Numbered from the stretch's first letter, positions 1 through 9,379 are shown. The stretch is DNA of 64,000 nt from an uncultured Bacillota bacterium (GCA_900317975.1 ONIZ01000001.1:135479-199478), one strand, 5' to 3'. Notes: a model not told the origin generated them from the letters alone. Translations and numbers: made by a program.

Positions 1-927
1 ATTACCAGTTGTTGGATTTGATACTTTAGGAATCTTTGCACTTATTTGTGTTGTTAATGTGCCTGCCAAATCTGCATCATTATTTAATGCATATGCAATT
101 TCTTGTAATGTATCTAATGCATCAGGAGCTGTTCCTATCAAATCAGCAAACTTAGTATATACTGCACCACCAGAAACAGGATTAGTATCATTCTCAGTTA
201 CTGTTGTTGATGTTGTTGGAACTGTTGGTATAGTTGGCTTGTTTAATATATAAGCATAACTAGTAGAATCAGAAATATTCCAGTCAGCCCTTATATTATT
301 ACGAGCATCAAGAGCCTGTTGGAGAGTTTCATTAGTTTGGTTTTTAAAAACAACTTTTATCCAATCCCAATTTGAAAACTGAGGAGCAATAGAATCCATT
401 TTAATAAGTTCAGGCCCTATAAATATATTCGTATCTATATCATTTGTAAATATTTTATTACCATAGATATATTCTTCTCCCATTGTATGAACCAAATTAC
501 TATCATTCGGAATTACTGGTTTATTTAATATATAAGTATAACTTGTAGAATCGCTTTCATTCCAATCTGATTTTACTAACTCTGGTATAGTTGGTTTGTT
601 TTGAATATATGCAGCACTTGATGAATTAGTTTCATTCCAATTTGGATTAGTTTCAATTGTTAAGAAATTTGAAAGATCTGGTTTATTCAATATATATGTT
701 TCTTTTGTAGAATCTGACTCATCCCAATCTGATTGAACATTTTCATATGATGTGCCTTCAATACCACTAAGACGATCATTAAGATCATTTATTCTTTGAG
801 ATATTGCATTATTGTTTTGCGGTATAATCTCTAATATAGCTTGAACAGTTTGGTCAGAAATTATATATGATACACCATTTATATTGATTGCTGATAATTT
901 ATTTACTGGATATACTGGATCTGCCAT
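1..927 (-). CDS. tail fibre protein, N-terminal 309 codons only. The ORF runs off the left window edge and is absent from the supplied ORF track.
   Basis: Manual minus-strand translation from the ATG at 927..925 gives MADPVYPVNKLSAININGVSYIISDQ..., with no stop down to position 1. It has four copies of an xDW(D/N)ESDSTxxxYI(L/Q)NKP-type module. It also has NDTNPVSGGAVYTKF and GTAPDALDTLQEIA motifs, which are shared with the neighbouring fibre genes. Confidence 0.7.
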   Translation of the reverse strand, partial: MADPVYPVNKLSAININGVSYIISDQTVQAILEIIPQNNNAISQRINDLNDRLSGIEGTSYENVQSDWDESDSTKETYILNKPDLSNFLTIETNPNWNETNSSSAAYIQNKPTIPELVKSDWNESDSTSYTYILNKPVIPNDSNLVHTMGEEYIYGNKIFTNDIDTNIFIGPELIKMDSIAPQFSNWDWIKVVFKNQTNETLQQALDARNNIRADWNISDSTSYAYILNKPTIPTVPTTSTTVTENDTNPVSGGAVYTKFADLIGTAPDALDTLQEIAYALNNDADLAGTLTTQISAKIPKVSNPTTGN

Positions 928-948
928 TACTTATAAAACATATTTATT

Positions 949-965
949 TATATAATTAAAAATAA
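949..965 (-). promoter_or_regulatory. motif A (plus-strand reading TATATAATTAAAAATAA; gene-sense TTATTTTTAATTATATA), copy 1
   Basis: Exact 17-mer, 21 nt upstream of the ATG at 927. No plus-strand gene lies to its right, so it must serve the minus-strand gene. Confidence 0.5.
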
Positions 966-978
966 TTTTTTTAGACGA

Positions 979-1008
979 AAAGAGAGCTATATTTCTATAA
1001 CTCTCTTT
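979..1008 (-). terminator. weak stem-loop downstream of the 1044..2120 gene
   Basis: aaagagag (979..986) pairs with ctctcttt (1001..1008) around a 14-nt loop. A short U run follows on the minus-strand transcript. Confidence 0.3.
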
Positions 1009-1043
1009 ATGTTTTTTCTTAAGTTGTATATTAACTATTTATA

Positions 1044-2120
1044 TTATGCATGTGCTGCACTTGTTACTCCATTTACTGCAAGAATAGTAGTTGTTGTGAA
1101 GTTCATTGTATAAGCATGAGTATTATCATCAAATGATGTTCCAACATAATGCATCATTGTTTCATAAGAATAATATGCAAGTTCTAAGTTTCCAGATGTA
1201 GGAGCTACACCATTGATTGTCTTTACTGCTGCAGTAGCAAGTTCATTGATTTCAGATTTGTCTGCCTTTTGATTTAAATATGCATAAGCAACGCCTGAAC
1301 TGATGACATTTGTTGAATTTTCTGTAGGAGCAGCATCAAATGTTAAAGCATCTTGTTTTGCATCAACATAAGTCTGTACATAAGATAATGTAGCATAGTC
1401 ATCCAATGTTGTTTCTAATGATGTAGAAGTTACATAACTTTGTTCACTTAATACAGCCTGTGTTACATAACCATCTAAACTAATTTGTGTAGTACCAATT
1501 AATTCCCAACTATAAGTATCATTAGTAGTATCATGTATTAAAATGTATTCATCTTTAACATTTCGACCTGAACCTTCATTAGGAATTAAATAAATGATAT
1601 ACATATTATCAGCTCCTGGATTTGCTGGTAATGCACCGACTGTTTCATACTTAAATTGATCAATTCCATTTATTAAACCATTAATTTCATCCTTAGAATA
1701 TGAATCATCGATTGTACGATAATAAGATGCAACGTAAGAAAGTTCTGCGTAAGGAGTTAGATCTGTAGCTGCTGGTTTATCAATTAAATCGTTGAAACTA
1801 CCAGTAAATGCAACAGCTGCTAAGTTTTCAGTATTTGCTTTAGCACTTAATCCAGTGTAAACAGCACCTGAACTAATAGCATTTGTTGAATTTTCTGTAG
1901 GAGCATTATCAAATGTCAAAGTGTCTTGCTTACCATTAATATATGATACTAATGTAGCTACTGTTCCATCAAATGTTGATGCTAAAGTATCAAGTGCAGG
2001 ATCATGAATCTGATATAACTTGTTATCAATGTTTAACTTTTCAAGCAAATTAAGACTTGAATTGGTATGTAAAGCATCAATTTGACTTTGAGCTGTGTTT
2101 GTTATAACTAATTCTGCCAT
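1044..2120 (-). CDS. tail fibre-like protein
   Basis: Internal duplication of TFD(N/A)APTENSTN(A/V)ISSG(A/V)xY. Coiled, repeat-rich composition. Sits between other fibre genes. Confidence 0.6.
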   Translation of the reverse strand: MAELVITNTAQSQIDALHTNSSLNLLEKLNIDNKLYQIHDPALDTLASTFDGTVATLVSYINGKQDTLTFDNAPTENSTNAISSGAVYTGLSAKANTENLAAVAFTGSFNDLIDKPAATDLTPYAELSYVASYYRTIDDSYSKDEINGLINGIDQFKYETVGALPANPGADNMYIIYLIPNEGSGRNVKDEYILIHDTTNDTYSWELIGTTQISLDGYVTQAVLSEQSYVTSTSLETTLDDYATLSYVQTYVDAKQDALTFDAAPTENSTNVISSGVAYAYLNQKADKSEINELATAAVKTINGVAPTSGNLELAYYSYETMMHYVGTSFDDNTHAYTMNFTTTTILAVNGVTSAAHA

Positions 2121-2172
2121 ATTTTTATCTTTTTATTTATATATTTTATATATTTTTGGTTTTATTTTGTTT

Positions 2173-2694
2173 TTAGTTATTTAACTGTAGTATGTTTCTA
2201 GCATATTTACTATGTAATTCATCATTTATCTTAAGTGTATTACCATCATAGTCATAGTGTAGATCATAGATAATCATATCTGTCTTCTTATATGGAACAT
2301 TTATCTTATTGTAGATCTTTTTTATCTTTTCATATAAAGTTGAACTTACAATGGTATCGTTTTCTTCATAAAGTTCCGAATCATCACATGTATTTATCTT
2401 TTCTTTTACTACCTTGTCATTTACAATATTCTTATATACTAAACGGTTTTCTTTATTGAAAAAATGTCCATATACAATCTTATAAGGAATCTTCAATTCA
2501 GTAGTTATAAGTCCAAGAATGTATAATGTTTGATTAATATAATAGTATTTTAGTTTCTTGTATGTACTAGCAATAGCATTATATACAATATTGTTTTCAA
2601 TCTTTCTTATATAGTATCTATTGTTGAACTTATCAAATCCTACTTTATTGAATTTTTCTCCGTATATTCTTGAATAATTATTGCTAACAATCAT
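2173..2694 (-). CDS. hypothetical protein (Y/N/K-rich), first gene of a minus-strand block
   Basis: 173-aa ORF with an ATG start. Motif A lies 23 nt upstream. Confidence 0.5.
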   Translation of the reverse strand: MIVSNNYSRIYGEKFNKVGFDKFNNRYYIRKIENNIVYNAIASTYKKLKYYYINQTLYILGLITTELKIPYKIVYGHFFNKENRLVYKNIVNDKVVKEKINTCDDSELYEENDTIVSSTLYEKIKKIYNKINVPYKKTDMIIYDLHYDYDGNTLKINDELHSKYARNILQLNN

Positions 2695-2717
2695 AATTCA
2701 TTAAAAATGAACTTAAA

Positions 2718-2734
2718 TATATAATTAAAAATAA
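2718..2734 (-). promoter_or_regulatory. motif A, copy 2
   Basis: Exact TATATAATTAAAAATAA, 23 nt upstream of the ATG at 2694. Confidence 0.5.
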
Positions 2735-2764
2735 AACAAATTTAGATTGAATTTTATTTGTCTA

Positions 2765-2787
2765 TTTGACTATTTTATTTTATAAAA
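2765..2787 (+). promoter_or_regulatory. motif B (consensus about TGAACTATATTTATA), copy 1
   Basis: tttgACTATtttattttataaaa, about 40 nt upstream of the ATG at 2808. Confidence 0.45.
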
Positions 2788-2807
2788 AATATTAAATTCA
2801 TTTAAAA

Positions 2808-3836
2808 ATGATTAATAATCAATTATTGTATATTGGACTAAACGGTTTAGCAGGATCAGGGAAAGACACACTTGCAAAAATGCTTAATGTAATACTAATG
2901 AAAGATTGGAAAAACATTGATGAATGTAAAGAATTCTATGATAAATTCTATGTTCGTCCTAATGTTTCTGCAACATATTATGAAAAGACAAAAGAATATG
3001 ACAATAAAGTAATATGTCTGGCTTTTGCTGATCAGTTAAAGACAATATGTTCTGATATCTTCGGTATTCCACTTAAATATTTCTATTTCAACAAATCAAC
3101 CGCATGGGTATGTATCAACCATAATTTTGAATATACGGAAATACGTCCTGATAATGTTGTTACCTGTGAAGACTATTTCTATAATATATCAGAATATAGT
3201 GAATCAGAAACAAAATATTGGATGTCATTACGTGATGTACTTGTCTATATAGGAACATATGTATTGCAATCCGAAGTCAATAAGAATGTATTTGTCAATA
3301 TTGTCTCAAACAAGATAAACAATCTTTTATTGAAGAATCATAGTTTGTCTTATGCTATCATAACAGATGTAAGATTCACTCATGAGATTGAATTCATCAG
3401 AAAGAATAACGGAATAACAATCAAGATAATCAGGGATAGTGTTGTTCCTTTGTCAAATATTGCAGAGCATGATCTTGATGATGAAGACAGATATGATTAT
3501 GTAATCTACAATAATGATACCTATGATGACTTGTTCAATCAGGTATGGGATATTGTCCATAGTAACAAAGAGTTTGAAAATGATGTTGTAGATATGACAA
3601 CCAGAGAAAATATCAACAACTATTTGAGAAAGATTGATGAAGATGAATATCAGGTTTGTTCTCCCTATGGTATACAACAAATTGGTCATGAAAATGGAGA
3701 GATATCAATGATAGACCTAAAGGGCGGTCCAACAATTTATATAGATCAAGAGATACCCGGTACATCTATCATACCATATAGTATTGTTATGGATGAAAAT
3801 ACAAGTAAGTTCATAATAAAAGGGAATAGCGATTAA
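2808..3836 (+). CDS. deoxynucleoside monophosphate kinase (T4 gp1-like) with a C-terminal extension of about 90 aa
   Basis: P-loop GLNGLAGSGKDTLAKML. Later segments (SLRDVLVYIGTYVL, IITDVRFTHEIEFIR, IKIIRD, AEHDLD) run in the same order as T4 gp1 (SGKDT ... RRLMQALGTD ... VPDTRQDHEMD ... HVVRP ... HITE), recalled from memory. Confidence 0.65.
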   Translation: MINNQLLYIGLNGLAGSGKDTLAKMLNVILMKDWKNIDECKEFYDKFYVRPNVSATYYEKTKEYDNKVICLAFADQLKTICSDIFGIPLKYFYFNKSTAWVCINHNFEYTEIRPDNVVTCEDYFYNISEYSESETKYWMSLRDVLVYIGTYVLQSEVNKNVFVNIVSNKINNLLLKNHSLSYAIITDVRFTHEIEFIRKNNGITIKIIRDSVVPLSNIAEHDLDDEDRYDYVIYNNDTYDDLFNQVWDIVHSNKEFENDVVDMTTRENINNYLRKIDEDEYQVCSPYGIQQIGHENGEISMIDLKGGPTIYIDQEIPGTSIIPYSIVMDENTSKFIIKGNSD

Positions 3837-3846
3837 CTATTCCCTT
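3820..3846. terminator. bidirectional stem-loop between convergent genes
   Basis: Perfect 10-bp stem, aagggaatag (3820..3829) with ctattccctt (3837..3846), and a 7-nt loop that contains the stop codon of 2808..3836. Confidence 0.55.
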
Positions 3847-3851
3847 AGTTT

Positions 3852-4430
3852 TTATACTTTATTTTGTGGTAATGGTTTTATGTTAGTAAATGGAAATATT
3901 TCCCAATTTGGATTCTTGCATTTCCATTTTGTTATGTCTCCAATTGTCTTTAGCCGTTCACAACCTTGAAACATACATTTTAGATCTATGTCTTCAGTTA
4001 TATTCCAATTAGATATGTCCCCAATGTCTATAAGACTCCTACAGTTATTGAACATAAATGCCATGCTTTTCACATTAGATATATCCCAATTTTCTAATCC
4101 TATTACTTTTCGAAGATATTTGCAACCACCAAACATTGCAGATAGATTTGTAACATGAGATATATCCCAATCAGATACATCAACTTCAACAATGTTCCAA
4201 GATGAAAATGTATTTGAAAGATTTTTAATATTTGATATATCCACATTATTCATATCAAGAATATTACTTTCTCCAATCTTATCACTTATTATATGTTGTA
4301 GTTCTGAAAAATTCTTTGGAACAAGATTTGATTGAATATTGTCTCTTGATAACCTGAATTTCTCAGTTATATACCCATGCAAACATGGGATCCTTTCAGC
4401 TTCTGAAATATAGTGATTTAGGTTTTTCAT
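3852..4430 (-). CDS. DUF285 / BspA-related 26-residue-repeat protein with a CTS-like N-terminus
   Basis: Repeats: VSDWDISHVTNLSAMFGGCKYL, LENWDISNVKSMAFMFNNCRSL, ISNWNITEDIDLKCMFQGCERL. N-terminus is MKNLNHYISE. Confidence 0.65.
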   Translation of the reverse strand: MKNLNHYISEAERIPCLHGYITEKFRLSRDNIQSNLVPKNFSELQHIISDKIGESNILDMNNVDISNIKNLSNTFSSWNIVEVDVSDWDISHVTNLSAMFGGCKYLRKVIGLENWDISNVKSMAFMFNNCRSLIDIGDISNWNITEDIDLKCMFQGCERLKTIGDITKWKCKNPNWEIFPFTNIKPLPQNKV

Positions 4431-5011
4431 ACGTAATCAAATAGATGCAGTATATGTTTTGAAGATATCATTTTCTTAGTGATCTTTGGATTATTCTTTT
4501 CTGCATATCTCTTTATTGTCTGTCCAAGATTAAGATGTCTTATGTTATGAAAGAATGATTTGTCAACATGCCAATTGAATAGACAACAGTTGTATTCTTT
4601 TATTTCTTTTATGATATTTTCATCAAACCATAATGTAGTCCATGGCTTCTTTATTCCATACCATATCAATGCTGGGTATATATGTTCTAGACCAGTTATT
4701 TCATCAATGAATGATTTCTTAACTTTTTCATTTCCTCTTTCAAGTATTATTCTGAAATAAGCATCAGGATATTTTTCTGAAAAATATTTGCATAAGTTGT
4801 CAATTGACAAGAAAGAGAAGTCTTTTAATGTTGCCTTGTCATGACAGAATGTCCAATGCTTGTTCTTCAATGTTATACGAATATCAAAGAATCTTACATT
4901 TTCTGCGTATTGTTCATCTAATGTCTTCTTTTGGCATCTCCAGACAAATGAAAACAATTCATTGAAGAAATTAGACTTTAGATATGTTAAAGAATCATGT
5001 GTACCTATCAT
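4427..5011 (-). CDS. PI-PLC X-domain-like phosphodiesterase (tentative)
   Basis: MIGTHDSLTY resembles the PI-PLC (I)PGTHDS motif. NVRFFDIRI followed by FCHD resembles GIRxxDIR ... HHG. The protein is short at 194 aa. Confidence 0.4.
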   Translation of the reverse strand: MIGTHDSLTYLKSNFFNELFSFVWRCQKKTLDEQYAENVRFFDIRITLKNKHWTFCHDKATLKDFSFLSIDNLCKYFSEKYPDAYFRIILERGNEKVKKSFIDEITGLEHIYPALIWYGIKKPWTTLWFDENIIKEIKEYNCCLFNWHVDKSFFHNIRHLNLGQTIKRYAEKNNPKITKKMISSKHILHLFDYV

Positions 5012-5030
5012 CTAAATATATAAATATATT

Positions 5031-6674
5031 TTATTTTTGAATTCTAAGTTCAGAATATTCATCTTCAAGTAGATGCTTCTTAGCAGGATTTACAAGATAT
5101 GCTAATTTGCTCATTAAGTCTCTATTCAACAATACCTTTTGTTTCTTCTTTCTATTGTCAACTAAAGCAAACTTAGCATTAAGGAGTTTTCTTGTTCCTA
5201 TTTGGATGCATGGGATCTCTACAACTGTTCTTTCTTCAGTCACTTGTCCAACAATAGCTTTAGATACATCTACTTTCTTGAAGTTATATTCTTTTCCTTC
5301 AATTGTTGCAATGACATCATCACCTTGTATAGATATCTTCTCACAGCCAATTGTTGATGCCTTTGCTCCATTTCCAGTATCAAATTTTGCTTCAAATGTT
5401 ATCTCTTCTTCATTTTCCATTGTGAATGTAATGTCTTCAAGATATCCAACTGATTTTGGTGACAATACTAATTCATTTATGTCATTTATATTGTCTAATA
5501 ATATTTTGCAGAAATTTTCATCAATTACATCACTTATACCTTCCGTACCAGGAGAAGCATTGAATTCAAGAACAACGTTGTCACCAATTTCTGGATTTGA
5601 TCCCTTGACAAGTGGCATGATGTCAACAGCACACCAAGGCATTCCAGATATCTTTGCTACTTTAAGAGCTATCTCTTCTTGTTCTTTAGTCAATTCAACC
5701 TTTTCAGCAACAGCACCTAAAGAGACATTTGAACGGAAGTCACCACCAATCTTCTTACGTTTCATCTGAGCAAGAATCTTCTGTTTTGTTCTCATTGTCA
5801 ATACATGTACTCTTATGTCACCACCATCTGCTTCTTCTTTCTTCTGTACTAATAGTTCTCTTTCTTCATCAATAGCAAATATAGCTTGAAGGATTGAAAG
5901 AATAGTCTTGCCGTTTACCATGAATACACCAGTACCACCATGACCATCCAGGATCTTTACAACATATTCATATTTTTCAGATTCATCAGAATTCTGATCT
6001 TTATATATGTCTTTCAATTTCTTCTTAAGACTATCCATTCCGTCCTTTATGTCATTCTTAGATACTAATGTGAACTTTGGTTGTGGTATCTCATATCTTT
6101 CCATTAATACTGCGGACTGGTATTTGTTGCATGCCTTCTTCAATGACTGAGCAGGATTGATTACAAATATACCCCAGTTCTGGATTTCTTTTATACATTC
6201 CATACATTCTTCAGACTCTTGAGCTCCAAGACGAACAATAGCAATAGTATCAATATTTGACTGATGATCAATAGTATACTTAAGCTTATCATCCCATATA
6301 TCTATCTTGTCATCAGTTGCTTTATAGTTAAGCTGTTCTGCTACAAATATTTCTAGTTTGATGTCTTTTCCCTTTATAGCATCTTCCAAGTTCTTTAATG
6401 TCTTGTTCTTAGATGCATCTCTTTCATTAGTGAAGAACAATATATTTTTAAAGAAATATTCTTTGTTAGCTCCTAATGGGTCCTTTTCTGATGGTTCTAT
6501 ATCTAACTCATTTGTAGCTGATTTGTCTTCTTGTGATTCACCAGGTTCTTCAAGATCTACTGGATCAATAGCAGAATCATCTTTTGGCAATAAGTCATCA
6601 TCTGCTTCTAAGACTCTATTTATGTCATTCAAATTAGTCAGATAAGTATGTAAATGTTCTTTAAACTTTTTCAT
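5031..6674 (-). CDS. RimK-like ATP-grasp ligase fused to a C-terminal retropepsin-like (PF05618, ATP-dependent zinc protease / RimB-like) domain
   Basis: ATP-grasp motifs: GHGGTGVFMV, GGDIRVHVL, GGDFRSNVSLGA, CAVDIMP, LEFNASPG. C-terminal AKFDTGNGAKAS ... ALVDNR ... LLNRDL matches the AKIDTGARTSS ... LTDR ... LLGR pattern. The N-terminal region of about 70 aa is acidic. Confidence 0.7.
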   Translation of the reverse strand: MKKFKEHLHTYLTNLNDINRVLEADDDLLPKDDSAIDPVDLEEPGESQEDKSATNELDIEPSEKDPLGANKEYFFKNILFFTNERDASKNKTLKNLEDAIKGKDIKLEIFVAEQLNYKATDDKIDIWDDKLKYTIDHQSNIDTIAIVRLGAQESEECMECIKEIQNWGIFVINPAQSLKKACNKYQSAVLMERYEIPQPKFTLVSKNDIKDGMDSLKKKLKDIYKDQNSDESEKYEYVVKILDGHGGTGVFMVNGKTILSILQAIFAIDEERELLVQKKEEADGGDIRVHVLTMRTKQKILAQMKRKKIGGDFRSNVSLGAVAEKVELTKEQEEIALKVAKISGMPWCAVDIMPLVKGSNPEIGDNVVLEFNASPGTEGISDVIDENFCKILLDNINDINELVLSPKSVGYLEDITFTMENEEEITFEAKFDTGNGAKASTIGCEKISIQGDDVIATIEGKEYNFKKVDVSKAIVGQVTEERTVVEIPCIQIGTRKLLNAKFALVDNRKKKQKVLLNRDLMSKLAYLVNPAKKHLLEDEYSELRIQK

Positions 6675-6707
6675 GTATATATTATCTCATATATTTTATT
6701 ATGTTTC

Positions 6708-6724
6708 TATATAATTAAAAATAA
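6708..6724 (-). promoter_or_regulatory. motif A, copy 3
   Basis: Exact 17-mer, 33 nt upstream of the ATG at 6674. Confidence 0.5.
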
Positions 6725-6726
6725 AA

Positions 6727-6746
6727 TTTGACTATTTTAATATTAT
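6727..6746 (+). promoter_or_regulatory. motif B, copy 2
   Basis: tttgACTATtttaatattat, immediately after motif A and upstream of 6813. Confidence 0.45.
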
Positions 6747-6812
6747 GATAAGCCACATATAAATATGTTGATGATCATATGAAAAATATAAATATATGTA
6801 AAATATAGTTAA

Positions 6813-7373
6813 ATGAAGTTAATAATTATAGAGGGAACAGACAATGTTGGAAAAGATACACTTATTTCAAGAATTATGGAAAACTACGATGTAATGACAC
6901 TCATTCATTGTGGTAAGCCAAAGTCAAAAGATCATCCAAATGAATCACAGGACAGTTTATTCAATTTCTATATAAAAAGTATAATAAACAAGAAATATAA
7001 TAATTCAGATGTCATTATTATGAACAGATCTCATATAGGTGAAGCAGTCTATGGAGTATTATATAGGAATAGGGACATAAATGAAGTATTGAAGAAGATT
7101 CATGATTGGAATGTTGAGCTTATGAAATGTCCAGACCTTGAAGTAAAGTATATACAATTATTAAGTACATCCGAAAGACTATTGAAGAACAATGAAGATG
7201 GACAGTCATTATCAAAGGGAAATAGTTCTAATATAATAAAAGAAACAGCATTGTTTACAGAAGCATATGTAAAGTCATTTTTAGACAAGAAACTTATATA
7301 TGTAGATGATAATGGAGAATTCAGGACAAAAGAAGATATATTTGATGAAGCATGGGATTTCATTAATAAATAA
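6813..7373 (+). CDS. thymidylate-kinase-like P-loop (d)NMP kinase
   Basis: MKLIIIEGTDNVGKDTL matches the Tmk-type IEGxDxxGK(T/S)T P-loop. Size is 186 aa. Confidence 0.55.
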   Translation: MKLIIIEGTDNVGKDTLISRIMENYDVMTLIHCGKPKSKDHPNESQDSLFNFYIKSIINKKYNNSDVIIMNRSHIGEAVYGVLYRNRDINEVLKKIHDWNVELMKCPDLEVKYIQLLSTSERLLKNNEDGQSLSKGNSSNIIKETALFTEAYVKSFLDKKLIYVDDNGEFRTKEDIFDEAWDFINK

Positions 7374-7397
7374 AAAGATATTAGATAAGAAGATATT

Positions 7398-8102
7398 ATG
7401 ATTAAGACAGAAGATATATTGAAACAGTTCAAAGAAAAGTATGATAATAAAGATTTTAGAATAATTGGCAATAATGTACAGCAAGCAAAGACAATTGAGT
7501 TACAGAATGTACAGTTTGAAGTAGATAAGCCATGGATAGTAAGAGAACCAAACTATGATTATTTCAATAGAGAGCTTGAATGGTATAAGTCAGAATCATT
7601 GAATGTGAATGATATCCCAGAAGGTGCTCCAACAATGTGGAAGTCTTGTGCAACACCAATAGGATATATTAATTCAAATTATGGGTGGATGATCTGGTCT
7701 AAAGACAACTATAATCAATTTGATCATTGTCTACAAAAACTAATTGAGGATCCACATACAAGAGAGGCATGTATGATATATAATAGACCATCAATGCAGG
7801 AAGACTATAATAAATTTGGCATGCATGATTTTTGTTGTACATATTCTGTTCAATGTTTCATAAATGAAGACAAAGAAGGAAAGAAGCATCTAAAATATAT
7901 TGTATATATGAGAAGTAATGATGCAGTATTTGGATTTGATAATGATGCATTATGGCATAAGTATGTTCAGCAAATGCTAAGGAATAGACTTAGTGAACAT
8001 TTTAATGAAGAATTCATAGCAGACAATATTATATGGAATGCAGGATCATTACATATTTATGAAAGACATTTCAAATATTTAGAGGATGGACAAAACGAGT
8101 GA
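7398..8102 (+). CDS. deoxycytidylate 5-hydroxymethyltransferase (T4 gp42-like, thymidylate synthase superfamily)
   Basis: Long colinear matches to T4 gp42 as recalled: RELEWYKSESLNVNDIP, INSNYGWMIWSKDNYNQFDHC, MIYNRPSMQEDYNKFGMHDFCCT, YMRSNDAVFGFDNDALW, IIWNAGSLHIYERHF. The nucleophile Cys and the Asp that replaces the ThyA Asn are both present. Confidence 0.8.
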   Translation: MIKTEDILKQFKEKYDNKDFRIIGNNVQQAKTIELQNVQFEVDKPWIVREPNYDYFNRELEWYKSESLNVNDIPEGAPTMWKSCATPIGYINSNYGWMIWSKDNYNQFDHCLQKLIEDPHTREACMIYNRPSMQEDYNKFGMHDFCCTYSVQCFINEDKEGKKHLKYIVYMRSNDAVFGFDNDALWHKYVQQMLRNRLSEHFNEEFIADNIIWNAGSLHIYERHFKYLEDGQNE

Positions 8103-8676
8103 CATAAAGAGAAAGTTGTTAGATGAGCTTAAAGCTAATAATGTAAAAGATTGCGGATATAATTGCCAAAGTGGAAGAAGATATGTAGAAGTAAAGAATG
8201 CATTGTTTGAAGTTAACAAAGATCGTATTTTTGAAAACATTCCTAAATTGTCTTATATGGATGATTCTTGGTATGTAGCAAATTATGAGCCTTTGCTAGA
8301 AAGGAATGATCAATATAATAAATGCATTAATAAGTTGATTGAGAATCCAGCATCACGTCAAGCAGTTCTCATATTAGTAGATCCTAAAGAATATGACAAT
8401 GAAGACAAAACATTCATATGTACAATGTATATGCATATCTTTCTCAATCATATAGAAGAAAATAAATATGAATTGGAATATATTGTGCATATGAGGTCAA
8501 ATGATGCTATAGAATTCATAACCGATCATCAATGGCACCAGAAAATTTATTTTCGAATTTTTAATGAATTAATTGAGAAAACGAACTATATTATAATAAA
8601 GAAACCTATTGTTTGGAATGCAGATACTATTCATCTATATGAGCAGTTTTGGGATCAAGCAATAGACAATTATTAA
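8086..8676 (+). CDS. divergent second gp42/ThyA-family paralog
   Basis: FICTMYMHIF (Cys), HMRSNDAIEFITDHQWH (RSND plus Asp), IVWNADTIHLYEQFW. It lacks the N-terminal segment of about 40 aa. It overlaps the upstream paralog by 17 nt. Confidence 0.6.
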   Translation: MDKTSDIKRKLLDELKANNVKDCGYNCQSGRRYVEVKNALFEVNKDRIFENIPKLSYMDDSWYVANYEPLLERNDQYNKCINKLIENPASRQAVLILVDPKEYDNEDKTFICTMYMHIFLNHIEENKYELEYIVHMRSNDAIEFITDHQWHQKIYFRIFNELIEKTNYIIIKKPIVWNADTIHLYEQFWDQAIDNY

Positions 8677-8695
8677 CTTATAATATATATAGAGT

Positions 8696-9379
8696 ATGAA
8701 ACATAAGATATCCGCATCAATAATGTGTGTAGACAACCTATTAGATCTACAGTCAGAAATAAAGACATTAGAAGACATAGGTATTGACTATTTGCATTTG
8801 GATGCGATGGATGGGCATTTTGTAAATAATATTACATTTGGCCCAGATATTTTCAATGCTGTTCAAAAATGTTCTTCAATTCCTTGTGACTATCATCTTA
8901 TGCTTGATAATCCATTACCATTCATACAAAGACTTGATCTTAACAATAATGATATTGTGACTATTCATGCTGAGATTGATTCACAAAGATTTGAAGAAGC
9001 ATTTGAATATTTGAAGACATTAAAGAAAAGAGGAGTAAAGATAGGAGTAGCAATCAATCCGGGTACATCAATAGAATCATTGGTGAAATACTTGGATGAT
9101 ATTGATGTGATATTAGTCATGCTTATCAATCCTGGTTTTGCTGGTCAACCTATTATTGATGGAATATTACAAAAGCCTGTATATATCAGGAAATATCTAG
9201 ATTCACTTAATCATAAGAAGATAATGATATCTGTTGATGGTGGTGTATCAGTGGAAAGAGCAAAATATCTTTCAAAGAATGGTATAGACATGTTTGTTGG
9301 TGGTACTTCTGGTCTGTTCATAAAGAATAGTGATTTGAAAAAGAATGCAGAAATATTGAGAAAGAACATAAACAATTAA
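8696..9379 (+). CDS. rpe: ribulose-phosphate 3-epimerase family protein
   Basis: SIMCVD ... HLDAMDGHFVNNITFGP ... YHLML ... INPGFAGQ ... SVDGGV ... VGGTS is colinear with E. coli Rpe. Confidence 0.8.
   Translation: MKHKISASIMCVDNLLDLQSEIKTLEDIGIDYLHLDAMDGHFVNNITFGPDIFNAVQKCSSIPCDYHLMLDNPLPFIQRLDLNNNDIVTIHAEIDSQRFEEAFEYLKTLKKRGVKIGVAINPGTSIESLVKYLDDIDVILVMLINPGFAGQPIIDGILQKPVYIRKYLDSLNHKKIMISVDGGVSVERAKYLSKNGIDMFVGGTSGLFIKNSDLKKNAEILRKNINN

Noticed and set aside
59-253. 64-aa plus-strand ORF (GTG start) at the left edge
   Set aside because: It lies entirely antisense to the well-supported minus-strand fibre ORF <1..927 and has low-complexity composition.
5107-6645. Plus-strand ORFs 5107..5769 (220 aa) and 6358..6645 (95 aa)
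   Set aside because: They are antisense shadows of the RimK-like gene, which has clear ATP-grasp motifs. Their products are S/F/L-rich with no motifs.
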